Source of the DNA: an uncultured virus (IMG/VR IMGVR_UViG_3300021407_000014)
Taxonomy: Duplodnaviria > Heunggongvirae > Uroviricota > Caudoviricetes
DNA: 64,000 nucleotides
Virus record (IMG/VR): IMGVR_UViG_3300021407_000014
Strand: one strand, 5' to 3'
Every line of letters starts with the position of its first letter. The first letter of the stretch is position 1. Below, piece after piece: positions 18,006 to 28,161 of this stretch. Under the pieces are notes generated by a model. It was given only the letters and a program-made list of their open reading frames with translations, was not told where the DNA came from and searched no databases. The position numbers and the translations under genes are program-made.

Positions 18006-19348
18006 TAGAGTTTCCTTCCTAGGAGCTTGATCGTGTCGACGGGCGAAATCCGGTGCTTGTAGGAGTAGGCGGCGACTCCGCCCGCCCCCGCTGCGAGCGC
18101 GGCAAGAGCTATCTTAGCAGCAGTCGACATTCCTGAGGAGCTTGCCGCCTTGGGAGCGTTCGCGAGCTCGCGGTGCGCCATCGCGAGGTAGTCCTCGACG
18201 AGCATGCGGCACAGGTTGGGGACGTGACCGTTCTCGTCGTGCAGGATTTTCTGCTGGAGGATGATCTCCTGCGTGATGGACACCGTGTGAGCGCCGACGG
18301 CGAGCATGCCCAAGATGGTCGCCATCATCGACAGGCCAGCAAGGTTCATGAAGTACGTGAAGTTGTCGGACGCCTGCATCGTGTAAAGCCGCGTGTCCCA
18401 GTAGAGCGGATCGGGCTTTCTCGCGAGCGCAGCCTGCTGGATCTGATGACTCGAGAATCCAGGAAGTGGAGCCGTGTCGTTGCTCCAGAGCGCGAGCCGC
18501 TGCGAGTTGCCCTTGTCCGTCGCACCGAAGTACGTGTTCTGCTGGCAGTCTTGGATGTGATCGGGCTGCGCCCAGTACCAGAACACGGGTGTGCAGAGTG
18601 GCTGGGCTGTTTGCAGGAGAGTCTGCGCCGGGACCGAACCGCCGAGAATGTTCCGCGTCGACGGCGCCGTCGGGTCGCCGCCGTCGTAGTATGAGCTGAG
18701 AGCCGAGCCGTTGAGCGCCATCACCGTTGCGATGACGTCCGGCATTCCGTTCGAATCCGCACTCGGATTCATCGGCGCGTTCGTGTTGAACTTGATCTCG
18801 TCGATGAGCGTCCACTGAAGCGCCTTCTTGAGATCCTTGACTCGGTGAGTCGTGCTGGGCGGAAACCGGAAGGCGAGGTAGTCCGCGAACGTCCATCCCT
18901 GAGGCTGAGTCGTCTCGGCCCCGAGATGTCCCGTCTGCATGTCCCACTGGGCCACCGACTTGTAGAGCTGCTGATCCGCATTCGAAGGACACGCGGTCGC
19001 TCCCTGGTACCCTCCGCCTCCAAAGATCGCCTCGGCGAGCGAGGCGATGGCTGCGGCGATGGCGCCAGCGGCCGCTCCTATAGGTCCCCCCACCGAGCAG
19101 GCTGCTGCTGCTGCGCCTATTTGAGCCAGCGCCCGAACGATGGTCCCTACCTCACCCCCCGGCTGGAATCCCTGCGCGAACGTGATTCCCTGCGCGACAA
19201 GCGCAGTGACATCGCCGTTGCCGATGGCCGTCGATGTCGCTTGAAGGAGGTTTTCCCCGTGCTGAAGCTGCGCGTTCAGATTCCCCATGGGGGGAAGGGA
19301 CGTCGGCGATAGCTGGATCTGCCCGAGGCCGCGAACGAGCCGTCCCAT
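18005..19348 (-). CDS. Membrane-associated virion protein
   Basis: 447 aa; Ala/Gly-rich hydrophobic segment, C-terminal TM, N-terminal RGLGQ. Confidence 0.6.
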   Translation of the reverse strand: MGRLVRGLGQIQLSPTSLPPMGNLNAQLQHGENLLQATSTAIGNGDVTALVAQGITFAQGFQPGGEVGTIVRALAQIGAAAAACSVGGPIGAAAGAIAAAIASLAEAIFGGGGYQGATACPSNADQQLYKSVAQWDMQTGHLGAETTQPQGWTFADYLAFRFPPSTTHRVKDLKKALQWTLIDEIKFNTNAPMNPSADSNGMPDVIATVMALNGSALSSYYDGGDPTAPSTRNILGGSVPAQTLLQTAQPLCTPVFWYWAQPDHIQDCQQNTYFGATDKGNSQRLALWSNDTAPLPGFSSHQIQQAALARKPDPLYWDTRLYTMQASDNFTYFMNLAGLSMMATILGMLAVGAHTVSITQEIILQQKILHDENGHVPNLCRMLVEDYLAMAHRELANAPKAASSSGMSTAAKIALAALAAGAGGVAAYSYKHRISPVDTIKLLGRKL

Positions 19349-19381
19349 TACGGGGAGACTACTTCGAGCGAGCTTTCGAGG

Positions 19382-21004
19382 CTAGGTTTGCGGAATCGCG
19401 ACAGGAACGCGTCTTCGATCGAACGACGCTGGACGCGGGACAGGCTGCGCGGGCTGCCGAACGGGAGCCGGCGCGGGCACGGACTCGGGACCCTGACGGA
19501 CCTCGATGGGAGGCTGGCCCGAAGGAAGCTGTCCCTGTCCCGAGCGCATGGCATTCGCCGCAGCCGTCGCTGCGTTCGCAAGCGCGATGCGCTCCTGCAC
19601 GGCTCGAGACTGAGCTGCTTGCTGATCGGCCTGGAACTTCTGGACGCGGTCCACGACCGACTTGACGCCGTCGATGATTTTGGGCGCTGCGCCCATGAGC
19701 GTCGGCACCCACGCAAGCGCTCCGGTCTGGTCGTAGGCGACTTCGACTTCACCCACCATCGTCTTCGAGAGAGGACTCGCTGCTTCGGCGGCTGCCTCGG
19801 CGGCTTCGGCGGCTGCCTCGGCAGCGACCGGTCCCCCTTGCGGAACGAGGGTCTGCGCGATGTTCTGTAGCTGCTGGGCTGCTTCCATGAGACCGCGGAA
19901 GTCTTTCACGGTCCTCTGCATGCCCATGACCATGTCCAAGCTCGGCGGCACCGCAGCGACCGGCGCGACCTGCGCGACAGGCATCGCGTACGCAGGTTGG
20001 ACAGGCGCCGCGTACGACGCCGGCTGTCCCGCAGGCGCGACAGCTTGCACAGGAACGGGAGCGGGAGCCGGCGCTTGGAATGCCTGGGGCCTCATGTCTG
20101 GCACCATCCCCGTCGGGATCCTCGAGTAGCCCGGAGGGATCACACCATTCCAGCCGTCGGGAAGAGGAATGAAACCTGGAGGCGGCGCTGGCTTCTTGGC
20201 CTCCATGACCATCTCCCGCATGAAGTTCATCATCTCGCGGTCGCGCGCTTGCGTCTGCTCGAAGAACTGCCGCTGCATCTCGCTCACCTGCCCCATCGCG
20301 CCGAGCGCGGCAGACTGGTCTTGAGGCGCGGCCTGTTGGGGATGCACGTGCACGACCGGCGGCGACTGCGGAGCTTGAGGCACGGGAGCAGGGGGCGGAG
20401 GAGGCGGGAACGCCGGATAGCCCGGGTAGGGGCCAGGGTTGCCCGGATAGGAACTCATGCCCATGCCCACGGGACTGGGAACCGGCTCGCTCTTGTCCGG
20501 CATGTAGATGCTTCCGCGGCCATATTCCCAGCCCGCCGGAGCTCGAAACCGGACTTCATAGGTCGCGTGACCTCTTCGTCCGTGGCACGACTCCACGTAC
20601 TTGTAGAGCTCGGTTGCGCTCGAGACGGCAGACATGTTCAGAGGAGGGAACTGCTCCATCGGCTCGGGCTTGATGCGCGTGACGTAGATGGTGATGGAAG
20701 ACAGGTGCGACGGATACGATTCCTTGATCGCCGGGAAAAGCTCGAGCGGGTCTTTGAGTCCCCACTGGACGTTCTTCTCTCCTGTAGCTTTTTTCTTGTA
20801 CGTCTTCGCAAGAGCCTGATTGCGACTCGCGCTCTCCGGAGTGAGAGCCCCGATGAGCTGAGCTTGCTCGATGGAGACTTCTCCCTCGGTCTGTACGGAC
20901 CCGTCGGGGTTACGCGGTACGGCCTCAGGAACGAGCGCGTCGGTTGCGTCCGCGACCGTCACGGGCTCGTCGGAGAGTTCTTCTTTGTGCTGCTTCCTGG
21001 CCAT
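19382..21004 (-). CDS. Pro/Gln/Ala-rich hypothetical protein
   Basis: 540 aa; AGGAG RBS. Confidence 0.6.
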   Translation of the reverse strand: MARKQHKEELSDEPVTVADATDALVPEAVPRNPDGSVQTEGEVSIEQAQLIGALTPESASRNQALAKTYKKKATGEKNVQWGLKDPLELFPAIKESYPSHLSSITIYVTRIKPEPMEQFPPLNMSAVSSATELYKYVESCHGRRGHATYEVRFRAPAGWEYGRGSIYMPDKSEPVPSPVGMGMSSYPGNPGPYPGYPAFPPPPPPAPVPQAPQSPPVVHVHPQQAAPQDQSAALGAMGQVSEMQRQFFEQTQARDREMMNFMREMVMEAKKPAPPPGFIPLPDGWNGVIPPGYSRIPTGMVPDMRPQAFQAPAPAPVPVQAVAPAGQPASYAAPVQPAYAMPVAQVAPVAAVPPSLDMVMGMQRTVKDFRGLMEAAQQLQNIAQTLVPQGGPVAAEAAAEAAEAAAEAASPLSKTMVGEVEVAYDQTGALAWVPTLMGAAPKIIDGVKSVVDRVQKFQADQQAAQSRAVQERIALANAATAAANAMRSGQGQLPSGQPPIEVRQGPESVPAPAPVRQPAQPVPRPASFDRRRVPVAIPQT

Positions 21005-21021
21005 GAGAATCTCCTACGCGT

Positions 21022-21345
21022 TCACGTGATAGCGACCGGAATCTCTTCCACCGGGCTCTTGATCGCTTGCCCGATGGTCTGCGTGTAGAGGCCTCGAAAC
21101 GGAGAGGCCTGATCCGTCCCCGGAGGGAAGTTCGTCTGAAACTGCGCGCCCGCGATGTCGAAGACGATCGTGCGCTCGGCTTCCAGCGCACCCACGGCCA
21201 CGGTCGTGTCGCTGGTGAGAGACGCCCCGAACACGTCCAGAGGAGTGATGCTCAGAGGGATGGCCGTGAGAGCCGCCACGAGCGCAGCTTGCGTAATGGG
21301 GCCTTGGATCGAAACGACGTACTTGAGCGTGGCGGTCGTGGACAT
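21022..21345 (-). CDS. Hypothetical protein
   Basis: Start re-called at MSTTATLKY after an AGGAGG RBS. Confidence 0.55.
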   Translation of the reverse strand: MSTTATLKYVVSIQGPITQAALVAALTAIPLSITPLDVFGASLTSDTTVAVGALEAERTIVFDIAGAQFQTNFPPGTDQASPFRGLYTQTIGQAIKSPVEEIPVAIT

Positions 21346-21373
21346 GGGTAGGTCCTCCTGACGAGAGGATAGC

Positions 21374-21997
21374 TTAGGACGCGCTCGTGCCTGGAACCTG
21401 AGGCGCGGGAACGGGAGCTTGCGGCTGCGCTTGTGCAGTCCCGTTCGTGAGCGCGGGAGAAGCGGGCAGGTCAAGCACGGGGGGCTCGGTCTCGTCTCCC
21501 TCGTCTTCGCCCGCGTCGGTCGCGTCTGCGAGAAGGTCTTCGTACTCGTCGCGCGAGCAGAGCCACGTGACGTTCTTGATGAGGTCCGGGGCGAGTTCGA
21601 TGATGACCTCGCGGCCCCTCTTGGAATTCTCGGAGTTCGGCACGTGCCTACCGAAGACGCGAATCGCGCCGTCTTCTTGACGAGCAAACGCTTCGATGCG
21701 CACGGCCTGCGTTCCCTCGGTTCCCGGAATTCCAACGATCCGATTGTTCGCGATGGTCGTCTGGAGGACCTTGTCCGTCCCGGGAAGCACCTGTCCGATG
21801 GCCCACATCTCGTCGATGGGCTCGTGCATGACCTGCACGATGCCGGTGTCTGAGTTGGGAGGAAGCCTCGTCTCGCTCACCATGCCGGTGCGCACCAGGA
21901 TCGCCGTGATGGGCGGCATGGGAGCCGGCTCGTACTCGGTGTTCTCGTCGTCTGTCTCGTTGGCGCCCGTTCCGAGCGTAGTCTGCTCTCCAGCCAT
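21374..21997 (-). CDS. Acidic hypothetical protein
   Basis: 207 aa; GAGAGG RBS. Confidence 0.55.
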   Translation of the reverse strand: MAGEQTTLGTGANETDDENTEYEPAPMPPITAILVRTGMVSETRLPPNSDTGIVQVMHEPIDEMWAIGQVLPGTDKVLQTTIANNRIVGIPGTEGTQAVRIEAFARQEDGAIRVFGRHVPNSENSKRGREVIIELAPDLIKNVTWLCSRDEYEDLLADATDAGEDEGDETEPPVLDLPASPALTNGTAQAQPQAPVPAPQVPGTSAS

Positions 21998-22037
21998 GGA
22001 AGGCCTCTCTTTCCTGTTTTGAATTTTTGAACCTGGC

Positions 22038-22886
22038 CTAGAGCAGGCCGTGCTTCGAGAACGAGTAGTACCCGTTCACGCCGACAATGAGATGATCCAG
22101 AAGCTGAAGCTTGACGCTCTCGGCAGCTTCCTTGAGCGTCTTCGTGAGCAGCTTGTCCGCTTCGCTCGGGACAAGAATCCCCGAGGGATGGTTGTGCGCG
22201 ACGATCATGCCGGTCGCGCCCTCGATGATCGAAATGCGCAAGACGTCCGGCACCGGAATGTTCACTGAGTCGCGTCCCCCTCGAGCGATCTCGCTCACGC
22301 CGAGCACCTGAAGCTGCACGTCGACCAAGATGACCAGGAAGACTTCCTGCTCTTCGCTCTTGAGATGCTCGCCGACAAGCTTGTACGCTTTCTCGGAGTC
22401 GTCGAGACGCCCAAGAGCACGGGCGCTGGCAAGGCACTTCCGGAAGAGCGCCGGGTCGCGCGTGACGCGCACGAACGGAATGCAGGAGTGCACGCGCTTC
22501 GCGTACGTGTCCTGGAGCTTCTTGGGGAGCTCGTGCAGGGTCCCAGGTAGACGTTCGTACACCGCCTCGAGCGGGTTCTTCTTGTAGGTGTCGAAGCGAA
22601 TCGCCGCGGGCGACGCCCCCGAATCCTCGCAGCACTCGCCGCACGCGTAGACGTTGCTCTCGAGCATGGGCTCGTCGACCCCCTCCATCACCAGCGTCTC
22701 GGAGACCGCGAGAAGGGGCTCGCGCAGCATCTCGGAGCCCTCGATCCGGCGCCCCGGACCCGTTCGGGGGGCCGGGGGCGGAGGGGGCGCCGGGGGAGCC
22801 TGCACGCGGACGTACATGTCCCCCATGATGATGACGGTGTCCGGAGGAGAAGGCTTACCCTGCTGCTTTTGACATCCGCATGCCAT
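22038..22886 (-). CDS. RadC-like JAB-domain protein
   Basis: EQEVFLVILVD...AHNHPSG..PSEADKLLT..LLDHLIVG; start re-called at MACGCQ. Confidence 0.9.
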   Translation of the reverse strand: MACGCQKQQGKPSPPDTVIIMGDMYVRVQAPPAPPPPPAPRTGPGRRIEGSEMLREPLLAVSETLVMEGVDEPMLESNVYACGECCEDSGASPAAIRFDTYKKNPLEAVYERLPGTLHELPKKLQDTYAKRVHSCIPFVRVTRDPALFRKCLASARALGRLDDSEKAYKLVGEHLKSEEQEVFLVILVDVQLQVLGVSEIARGGRDSVNIPVPDVLRISIIEGATGMIVAHNHPSGILVPSEADKLLTKTLKEAAESVKLQLLDHLIVGVNGYYSFSKHGLL

Positions 22887-22947
22887 CGACGCCCATCCTA
22901 AGTGCTGGCTTCCGCCCTGTCGAGTGGTTCGTGATACGCGCGCAAGA

Positions 22948-23334
22948 CTACGAGACGGGCTTGGGCTCGAACCCGTCGACCCGCACGCCCTTGTCTTCCT
23001 TCCCGCGCTGGATGGTCTCTTCCACGCCCTCGGTCCCGGCGGGGAGGTACGCGACAACGCTGCCCGTCGGATACCACTGCCCGTCCGACCCGCGCTGAAG
23101 CACCTTCACGATCACGAACTTGAGCGACTCGGAGCGCGTCGCGTTGCCGACCATGAGGCGGTCGCCGATCTTGAGGTCCGTGCACTCGAGTCCCTTGCCC
23201 ATGCTCACGATCCGGAAGACGAGCTGTTTCTCTTTGCTACCCGCGATCGTCAGGATACCCGCGTACCCGTCGTAGACTTCTTGCTCGCAGATCACGCACC
23301 CGTCGAACGGCTTCCACTTGTCGATCTCTTTCAT
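22948..23334 (-). CDS. Hypothetical protein
   Basis: AGGAG RBS; coupled to upstream ORF. Confidence 0.5.
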   Translation of the reverse strand: MKEIDKWKPFDGCVICEQEVYDGYAGILTIAGSKEKQLVFRIVSMGKGLECTDLKIGDRLMVGNATRSESLKFVIVKVLQRGSDGQWYPTGSVVAYLPAGTEGVEETIQRGKEDKGVRVDGFEPKPVS

Positions 23335-23599
23335 GTCCCGTCTCCTGTTTTTTCTCCCGGTACGACCGGCTTGAACTGACGAACGATGTCGCGAAGTCTC
23401 TCGCTCTGCGCGCGCTCATCGCGAAGCGCGTCGCGCAGGCAGTGAATCTGCGCGGTCACGGCCCCGTGGTGCTTGCCGCATCCTTCGCAGATGTCTTGGT
23501 AGGGCCGCGACTCGACCGCGCGCTCCATGAACTTGGGCGGCGGCTGGCTCGGAGGCGGCATCTCCGCGCGGACGAGGATGGGACCCACGGGACCCGCGC

Positions 23600-23830
23600 T
23601 CATGCGAACCCCGAGACCCGATGGTCCTCGAGCGACGTGGGTAGCTCCTGCGTGAGGGCGGTCACCTGGGCAAGATGAATCGCGTTGGGCATCTCCGCTC
23701 GGAACGTCTCGTCGGCTTGCTGACGGTCCTCGGCGTAGACGATGAACTCGCACTCCGTGACGGTCGTGAAGCCTTTCTTCCCGTGAAACACAAGCTTCGG
23801 CTCGATGGGCACCTTGAACAAGAACTTCAT
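23600..23830 (-). CDS. Hypothetical protein
   Basis: GGGAGG RBS; ATGA overlap. Confidence 0.5.
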   Translation of the reverse strand: MKFLFKVPIEPKLVFHGKKGFTTVTECEFIVYAEDRQQADETFRAEMPNAIHLAQVTALTQELPTSLEDHRVSGFA

Positions 23831-24084
23831 TTCCTCCCTCGCTTCCTGCGCGGACGCTCTTCTTCCTCTTCCTCTTCTTCCTCTTCTTCCTCTTCTTCCT
23901 CTTCCGGCTCGTAGCCTGGCTCGAACCTCACCAGGTACTCCTCGAGCATGTCGTCCGCAACGCCGACGGAGATTTCAATGACTTCGTTGTCCTTGAACTT
24001 GGTGTCGTTCGCGAAGCCGCTCACCGCGGCGCTCGCGAAGGCGAGCCATGCCTGACGTCGTTCTAGTTCGCTGATGGTGTCCAT
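23827..24084 (-). CDS. Acidic protein with poly-Glu tract and basic tail
   Basis: PEEEEEEEEEEEEEEERPRRKRGRK; GAA/GAG repeat at about 23858-23905. Confidence 0.55.
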   Translation of the reverse strand: MDTISELERRQAWLAFASAAVSGFANDTKFKDNEVIEISVGVADDMLEEYLVRFEPGYEPEEEEEEEEEEEEEEEERPRRKRGRK

Positions 24085-24094
24085 GGAGAGAGCC

Positions 24095-25120
24095 TCAATC
24101 GAAGGTGAATTCGGGGATGGCTGGAGTGGGACGACGCTCCGGGCTGCCGTACGTGGGCGCGCCAGGATCCGTGGGACTGATCCCAAGCTTCAGGCACAGG
24201 TCGACGTCGGGGACATCGGGACCGGGCGGAGGGAGGTTGCGCTCTTCTTTTCTCTTCACAGGCGTCACGGGCATCACGGGAGACGCCGCAACCTGCGCAC
24301 CCGACCGGAGCTCCGCAAGCCACTCAGGCAAGTCCATCCCCGGCTGCTCGATCCAGAGACGCGCGACCTCGCGGCGCATGACGGGCCACTGCGCGAGCGC
24401 CGGGAGCGTGACCTTCACGCCGCGCGCCTCGAGCTGGTAGGCGAGCGACGAGAGATTCTCTCCTGGGAGCCCCTCTTTCACGGGGAGCGTCTCGCCTCCC
24501 TCGTGACCGTTCTTGCACTTCCAGACACCCTCGGCGCCCCTTCGCTCGAAGAACCGAGGCTCGCCACAGGTACCGCACCACGTGGGCGGTTCTTTGATGC
24601 TCTGGTCCCCGGTGCGCTGCGCACTTGCTTTGGCCTCCGCTCCGTCCGAGGGCACCACGAAGTCGTTCTGCTTAGGGTCCGGCGGCTTCACTTTCTTGGG
24701 CCCGCGCTTCTTGGGCGCCTCGTCGGCGTCGAAGGGGTGAGCTCCCGCGCTCGCGGTCGCCCCATTCGCAGGCTTGGGCGTGTTATCGAGCTTTGCCCAC
24801 TCGGGCGTCTCTTGCCTGCGGACCTCGTTCACTGGGAACTTCGTCCCGCACCGAGTACACGTGTCGCCGACCCACCTGTGAAGTCCCTGATCGACGCACG
24901 CGATGCGATGGCTCTCGAAACCCAAGAGCATCTCGCGCAGGGCGCTCGCCGCGCACTCTTTCGAGCACAGGTGCACAGACTTTCGAACGATCAGGTCTCC
25001 GTTCGCGCCCTTCGTTGAACCGCTTTCGACCGCGACGATCACCAGGTTCTTGAGGTCGATGGGGTTCGTGCAGACGTCGCAAGAAATTTTACCAATCACG
25101 GAGCACCTCCTGTTCGCCAT
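24095..25120 (-). CDS. Zn-ribbon-containing hypothetical protein
   Basis: Several CxxC motifs; start uncertain. Confidence 0.5.
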   Translation of the reverse strand: MANRRCSVIGKISCDVCTNPIDLKNLVIVAVESGSTKGANGDLIVRKSVHLCSKECAASALREMLLGFESHRIACVDQGLHRWVGDTCTRCGTKFPVNEVRRQETPEWAKLDNTPKPANGATASAGAHPFDADEAPKKRGPKKVKPPDPKQNDFVVPSDGAEAKASAQRTGDQSIKEPPTWCGTCGEPRFFERRGAEGVWKCKNGHEGGETLPVKEGLPGENLSSLAYQLEARGVKVTLPALAQWPVMRREVARLWIEQPGMDLPEWLAELRSGAQVAASPVMPVTPVKRKEERNLPPPGPDVPDVDLCLKLGISPTDPGAPTYGSPERRPTPAIPEFTFD

Positions 25121-25617
25121 TCACGTGAACGATGACCATCTGCATCGCGGGACTGTCTCTGAGCTTCGCTTCCCGGAAGAGTTGCTCGCGCTTCCAGACC
25201 TCGCGGAGCTTCTCGCCGGCCTGAACGATTTCATCCGGGACTGGCGCGCCGCGGAGCATCAATCGAAGAGTCTCGGGCCACTGCCCGAAGCGAGCGTAGT
25301 AGCGGGTTGCCAGGTCCGTGACGAGAGGTCCGAAATGTAGGGCCATTCCCATATCCTTTGAATCTTGTTGAAGATGCGCTCGGCCGTGTCCGGCCTCACC
25401 TGAGAGAGCCGACCCATCTTGGTTCTGCGAAGACCCGCGAGGCGCGCGAGGGTCTCTTCGTCTTCGTCGAGCTTGGAAGCAAGCTGGCAGAGCGTGTACT
25501 TCCCGCGCCCGTCGCAGTGAACGCAGTGCTCCGCCATCTCGACGCGCCTGTGATCGCGGAGCACCCACCCGCGGCCTTCGCACGCGGGACAGTCGAAGAT
25601 GGCGTGAAGAGGGAAGG

Positions 25618-27171
25618 TCATTCGGGATCCAGCAGCGGAGAGTCTTCGTCCCGCGCCCACGCGAGGAATTCGTCTTCGCGCTCTTTTTCGCTCTTGAAGC
25701 GTCCCACCCGCTCACGCGCCTCCCAGTGCGCGCGCTCGGCGGACCGAGCCGCCTGGCGCTTCTGCCACTCTTTGTCCGCCGCGAACTTGTCTTTCGCTTC
25801 CTGCGACCAGGCCCACGGCGGCCACTCCTCGAATTCGTCTTTGTACTGCGCCGACGCGTAGCCCGGCTTGAAGCCTCTCTCTTTTGCTTCGCTGAGTTTC
25901 TTTTCGAAGAAAATTCTCCTGGGGTCCTCGAACGTGCGCTCGCGCATCGCAACGTCTTTGACCTCTTTCGCTTCTCTGGGAGGAGGCGCGGGAGGCGCGA
26001 ACCCGCACCAGGGGCACGGGTAGTGCTCGATGAAGCTCTGACACTTGATGCAGACGCTGGGTGCTTTCTTCGAGTGCGCAGCGGGACCGTCCAGGGTCCA
26101 CTTTCGATCCATGTGAGGGAAGTTGTGCCGGTCGACGTTGCACGCGTGGTCGAGAATGATGGGTGTCACCGCCTGCCCGTTCTCCTCCCAGACCCGCAGA
26201 ACGCGCCCGCCGGCCTGGAGGTACCGAACGAGGCTCTTGGTCGGGCGCGCGTCGATCAGGCACTTGACCGATGGCTGGTTCCATCCTGCGGTCAGGATGT
26301 CGACGTTCGAGACGACCTTGAGCTCGCCGGAGTCGAGCTTGGCGAGCGTGCTCTTGCGCACGTCGAGCGGCGTCTGCGCGTCGATGTGCGCCGCTGGGAT
26401 GCCCGCTTCCAGGAAGCGCGCCGCGATGGACTTCGAGTGCTCCACCGAAACAGCGAACGCAACAGTGCGCAGCCCCCCGGCGTGCTTCTTCCATTCGGGG
26501 ACAAGATCCCCAAGGACCGCGCTCTCGGTCATGACCCCCTCGAGCTCGCTTACGACGTAGTCGCCCTCGCGCGTGTGCACTCTCTTCAAGTCCGGCTTCA
26601 CCTCCGGCGAGAAGATCCTCGGCGCCATGATGAACTTGTCGCGGATCAAATCCGAGTACGTCGCCGCGGGCTCGATGGCGTCCCAGCGGTCCTTGAGCGG
26701 CTTGCCGTCCATCCGGTGCGGCGTCGCGGTGAGCCCGATGAAGGTCGCGTTGGGGTAGAGGTCGAACACCTTGAGGTAGGTGTCCGCCATGGCAAGGTGA
26801 ACTTCGTCGCAGAAGACGATGTCGAACCCCAACGCGATCTCGGGGTGACGCGAGAGAGTCCAAACGCTCGCGATCTGGACCGGCATCATGAGGTTCGAGC
26901 GCGAGTCGTCCGCGCGGATGACCCCCACGTCGGTGATGCCGAACTCGGCGAACTTCGCGACCGTCTGGTCGATGAGTTCTATGCGATGCACCAGGAACAA
27001 GACCTTCGTGTTGAAGTTCTCTCTCGCGCTCCTGGTAATCCACGCCGCCCACACGGTCTTCCCCGACGCGCACGGGCCGCACAGGATGACCCTCTTGCGA
27101 CCCGCGTTCACGTGATCGCGAAGGGCGCGGATGCCGCGCTCTTGGTAGGGTCTTAGCGAAATTTTTTCCAC
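25618..27171 (-). CDS. Superfamily 2 (DEAH/ResIII-like) helicase with C-terminal Zn finger
   Basis: LRPYQ, GPCASGKT, DEVH, TAT, QAGGRVLR, CIKC...CPWC. Confidence 0.92.
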   Translation of the reverse strand: MEKISLRPYQERGIRALRDHVNAGRKRVILCGPCASGKTVWAAWITRSARENFNTKVLFLVHRIELIDQTVAKFAEFGITDVGVIRADDSRSNLMMPVQIASVWTLSRHPEIALGFDIVFCDEVHLAMADTYLKVFDLYPNATFIGLTATPHRMDGKPLKDRWDAIEPAATYSDLIRDKFIMAPRIFSPEVKPDLKRVHTREGDYVVSELEGVMTESAVLGDLVPEWKKHAGGLRTVAFAVSVEHSKSIAARFLEAGIPAAHIDAQTPLDVRKSTLAKLDSGELKVVSNVDILTAGWNQPSVKCLIDARPTKSLVRYLQAGGRVLRVWEENGQAVTPIILDHACNVDRHNFPHMDRKWTLDGPAAHSKKAPSVCIKCQSFIEHYPCPWCGFAPPAPPPREAKEVKDVAMRERTFEDPRRIFFEKKLSEAKERGFKPGYASAQYKDEFEEWPPWAWSQEAKDKFAADKEWQKRQAARSAERAHWEARERVGRFKSEKEREDEFLAWARDEDSPLLDPE

Positions 27172-27641
27172 GTCAACCCTCTCGCGACAATCGGAATGTA
27201 ATCTCTGGTCAGTCCATACTTCTTGGCCAAAAACCAGGAGCTATTGGGACTTGGGCGCTTCGAACCACGTACATATTGGGCTCGAATTTCGATTACCTCC
27301 ATCGCGCTCAATTTGACCATCGGATGACTTTCACCTGCTAGCCCAGGCTGCCATCCGCGACCCTTTCTGATCATGTCTCTCGAATTGTCTCTGACCGTTC
27401 CCAGGAACAGGTGCTTGTGGTTCACGCAAGATGGGTTGTCACACTTATGCAGAACAAACAATCCATTCCCAATTTTACCGTAGCGAACCTCCCACGCGAC
27501 CCGGTGTGCATAGTGATGTTTGGTACCGATATAAAAATGACCGTACCCGGCTGTCGTCTTCGCAGCAGACCAGGTCCAGCATTTACCTTTCGGTCGCTCA
27601 GGGACTCGAGCCAGAAAGTATGCTCTCAGTCTTCGGTTCAT
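27153..27641 (-). CDS. HNH homing endonuclease
   Basis: CWTW..YAHRVAW..VLHKCDNPSCVNHKHLFLGT..N; visibly lower GC. Confidence 0.88.
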   Translation of the reverse strand: MNRRLRAYFLARVPERPKGKCWTWSAAKTTAGYGHFYIGTKHHYAHRVAWEVRYGKIGNGLFVLHKCDNPSCVNHKHLFLGTVRDNSRDMIRKGRGWQPGLAGESHPMVKLSAMEVIEIRAQYVRGSKRPSPNSSWFLAKKYGLTRDYIPIVARGLTWKKFR

Positions 27642-28161
27642 GGCTTGATCATCGTGAGCCGCACGAGAAGATCCCGAAGCGCGACGCGAACAAGCCGGAG
27701 CTCGCCCCAGAGCTCCGGGCTGATGCTCCCGTCAGCCCTGCCCTGCGGGGGCGGGTTCTGCGCCTCGTCGAGCGCGAGCGACAGCTCGTCTTTCACCCTC
27801 ACGAGATCGGGGAAGATGAGCTTGAGGGCTTTCACCTGGGACATGGCGCGCGTGCGTTGGTCGGGCTTGTCGAGCTTCACTTGAACACCATCCAGAGAAG
27901 GAACCAGGCCATCGCGACGCCGAACAGGACGACGAGCACAGCCTGCACGGGATGCTCCTCGACGAATTTTTCGAAGAACTCTTTAGGGAAGATGGGAATC
28001 ATCTCTCTTCCTCTTGTCCTCGGTCGCCGCGCGCTCGGCCTCGCGCATCGTGTCGAAGCAGCCGAGCGACTCCCGGACTTTTCCCGAAGTAACCCGGACG
28101 AGCACTTTTGTGCCGGATCGCTCAAAGCGATACCCAGGCACCGCGGAAGGCCGAGCGGGCA

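Noticed and set aside
25712..27156. Long alternative-frame and antisense ORFs over the helicase and many other genes
   Set aside because: These are high-GC shadow ORFs with no motifs, overlapping well-supported genes.
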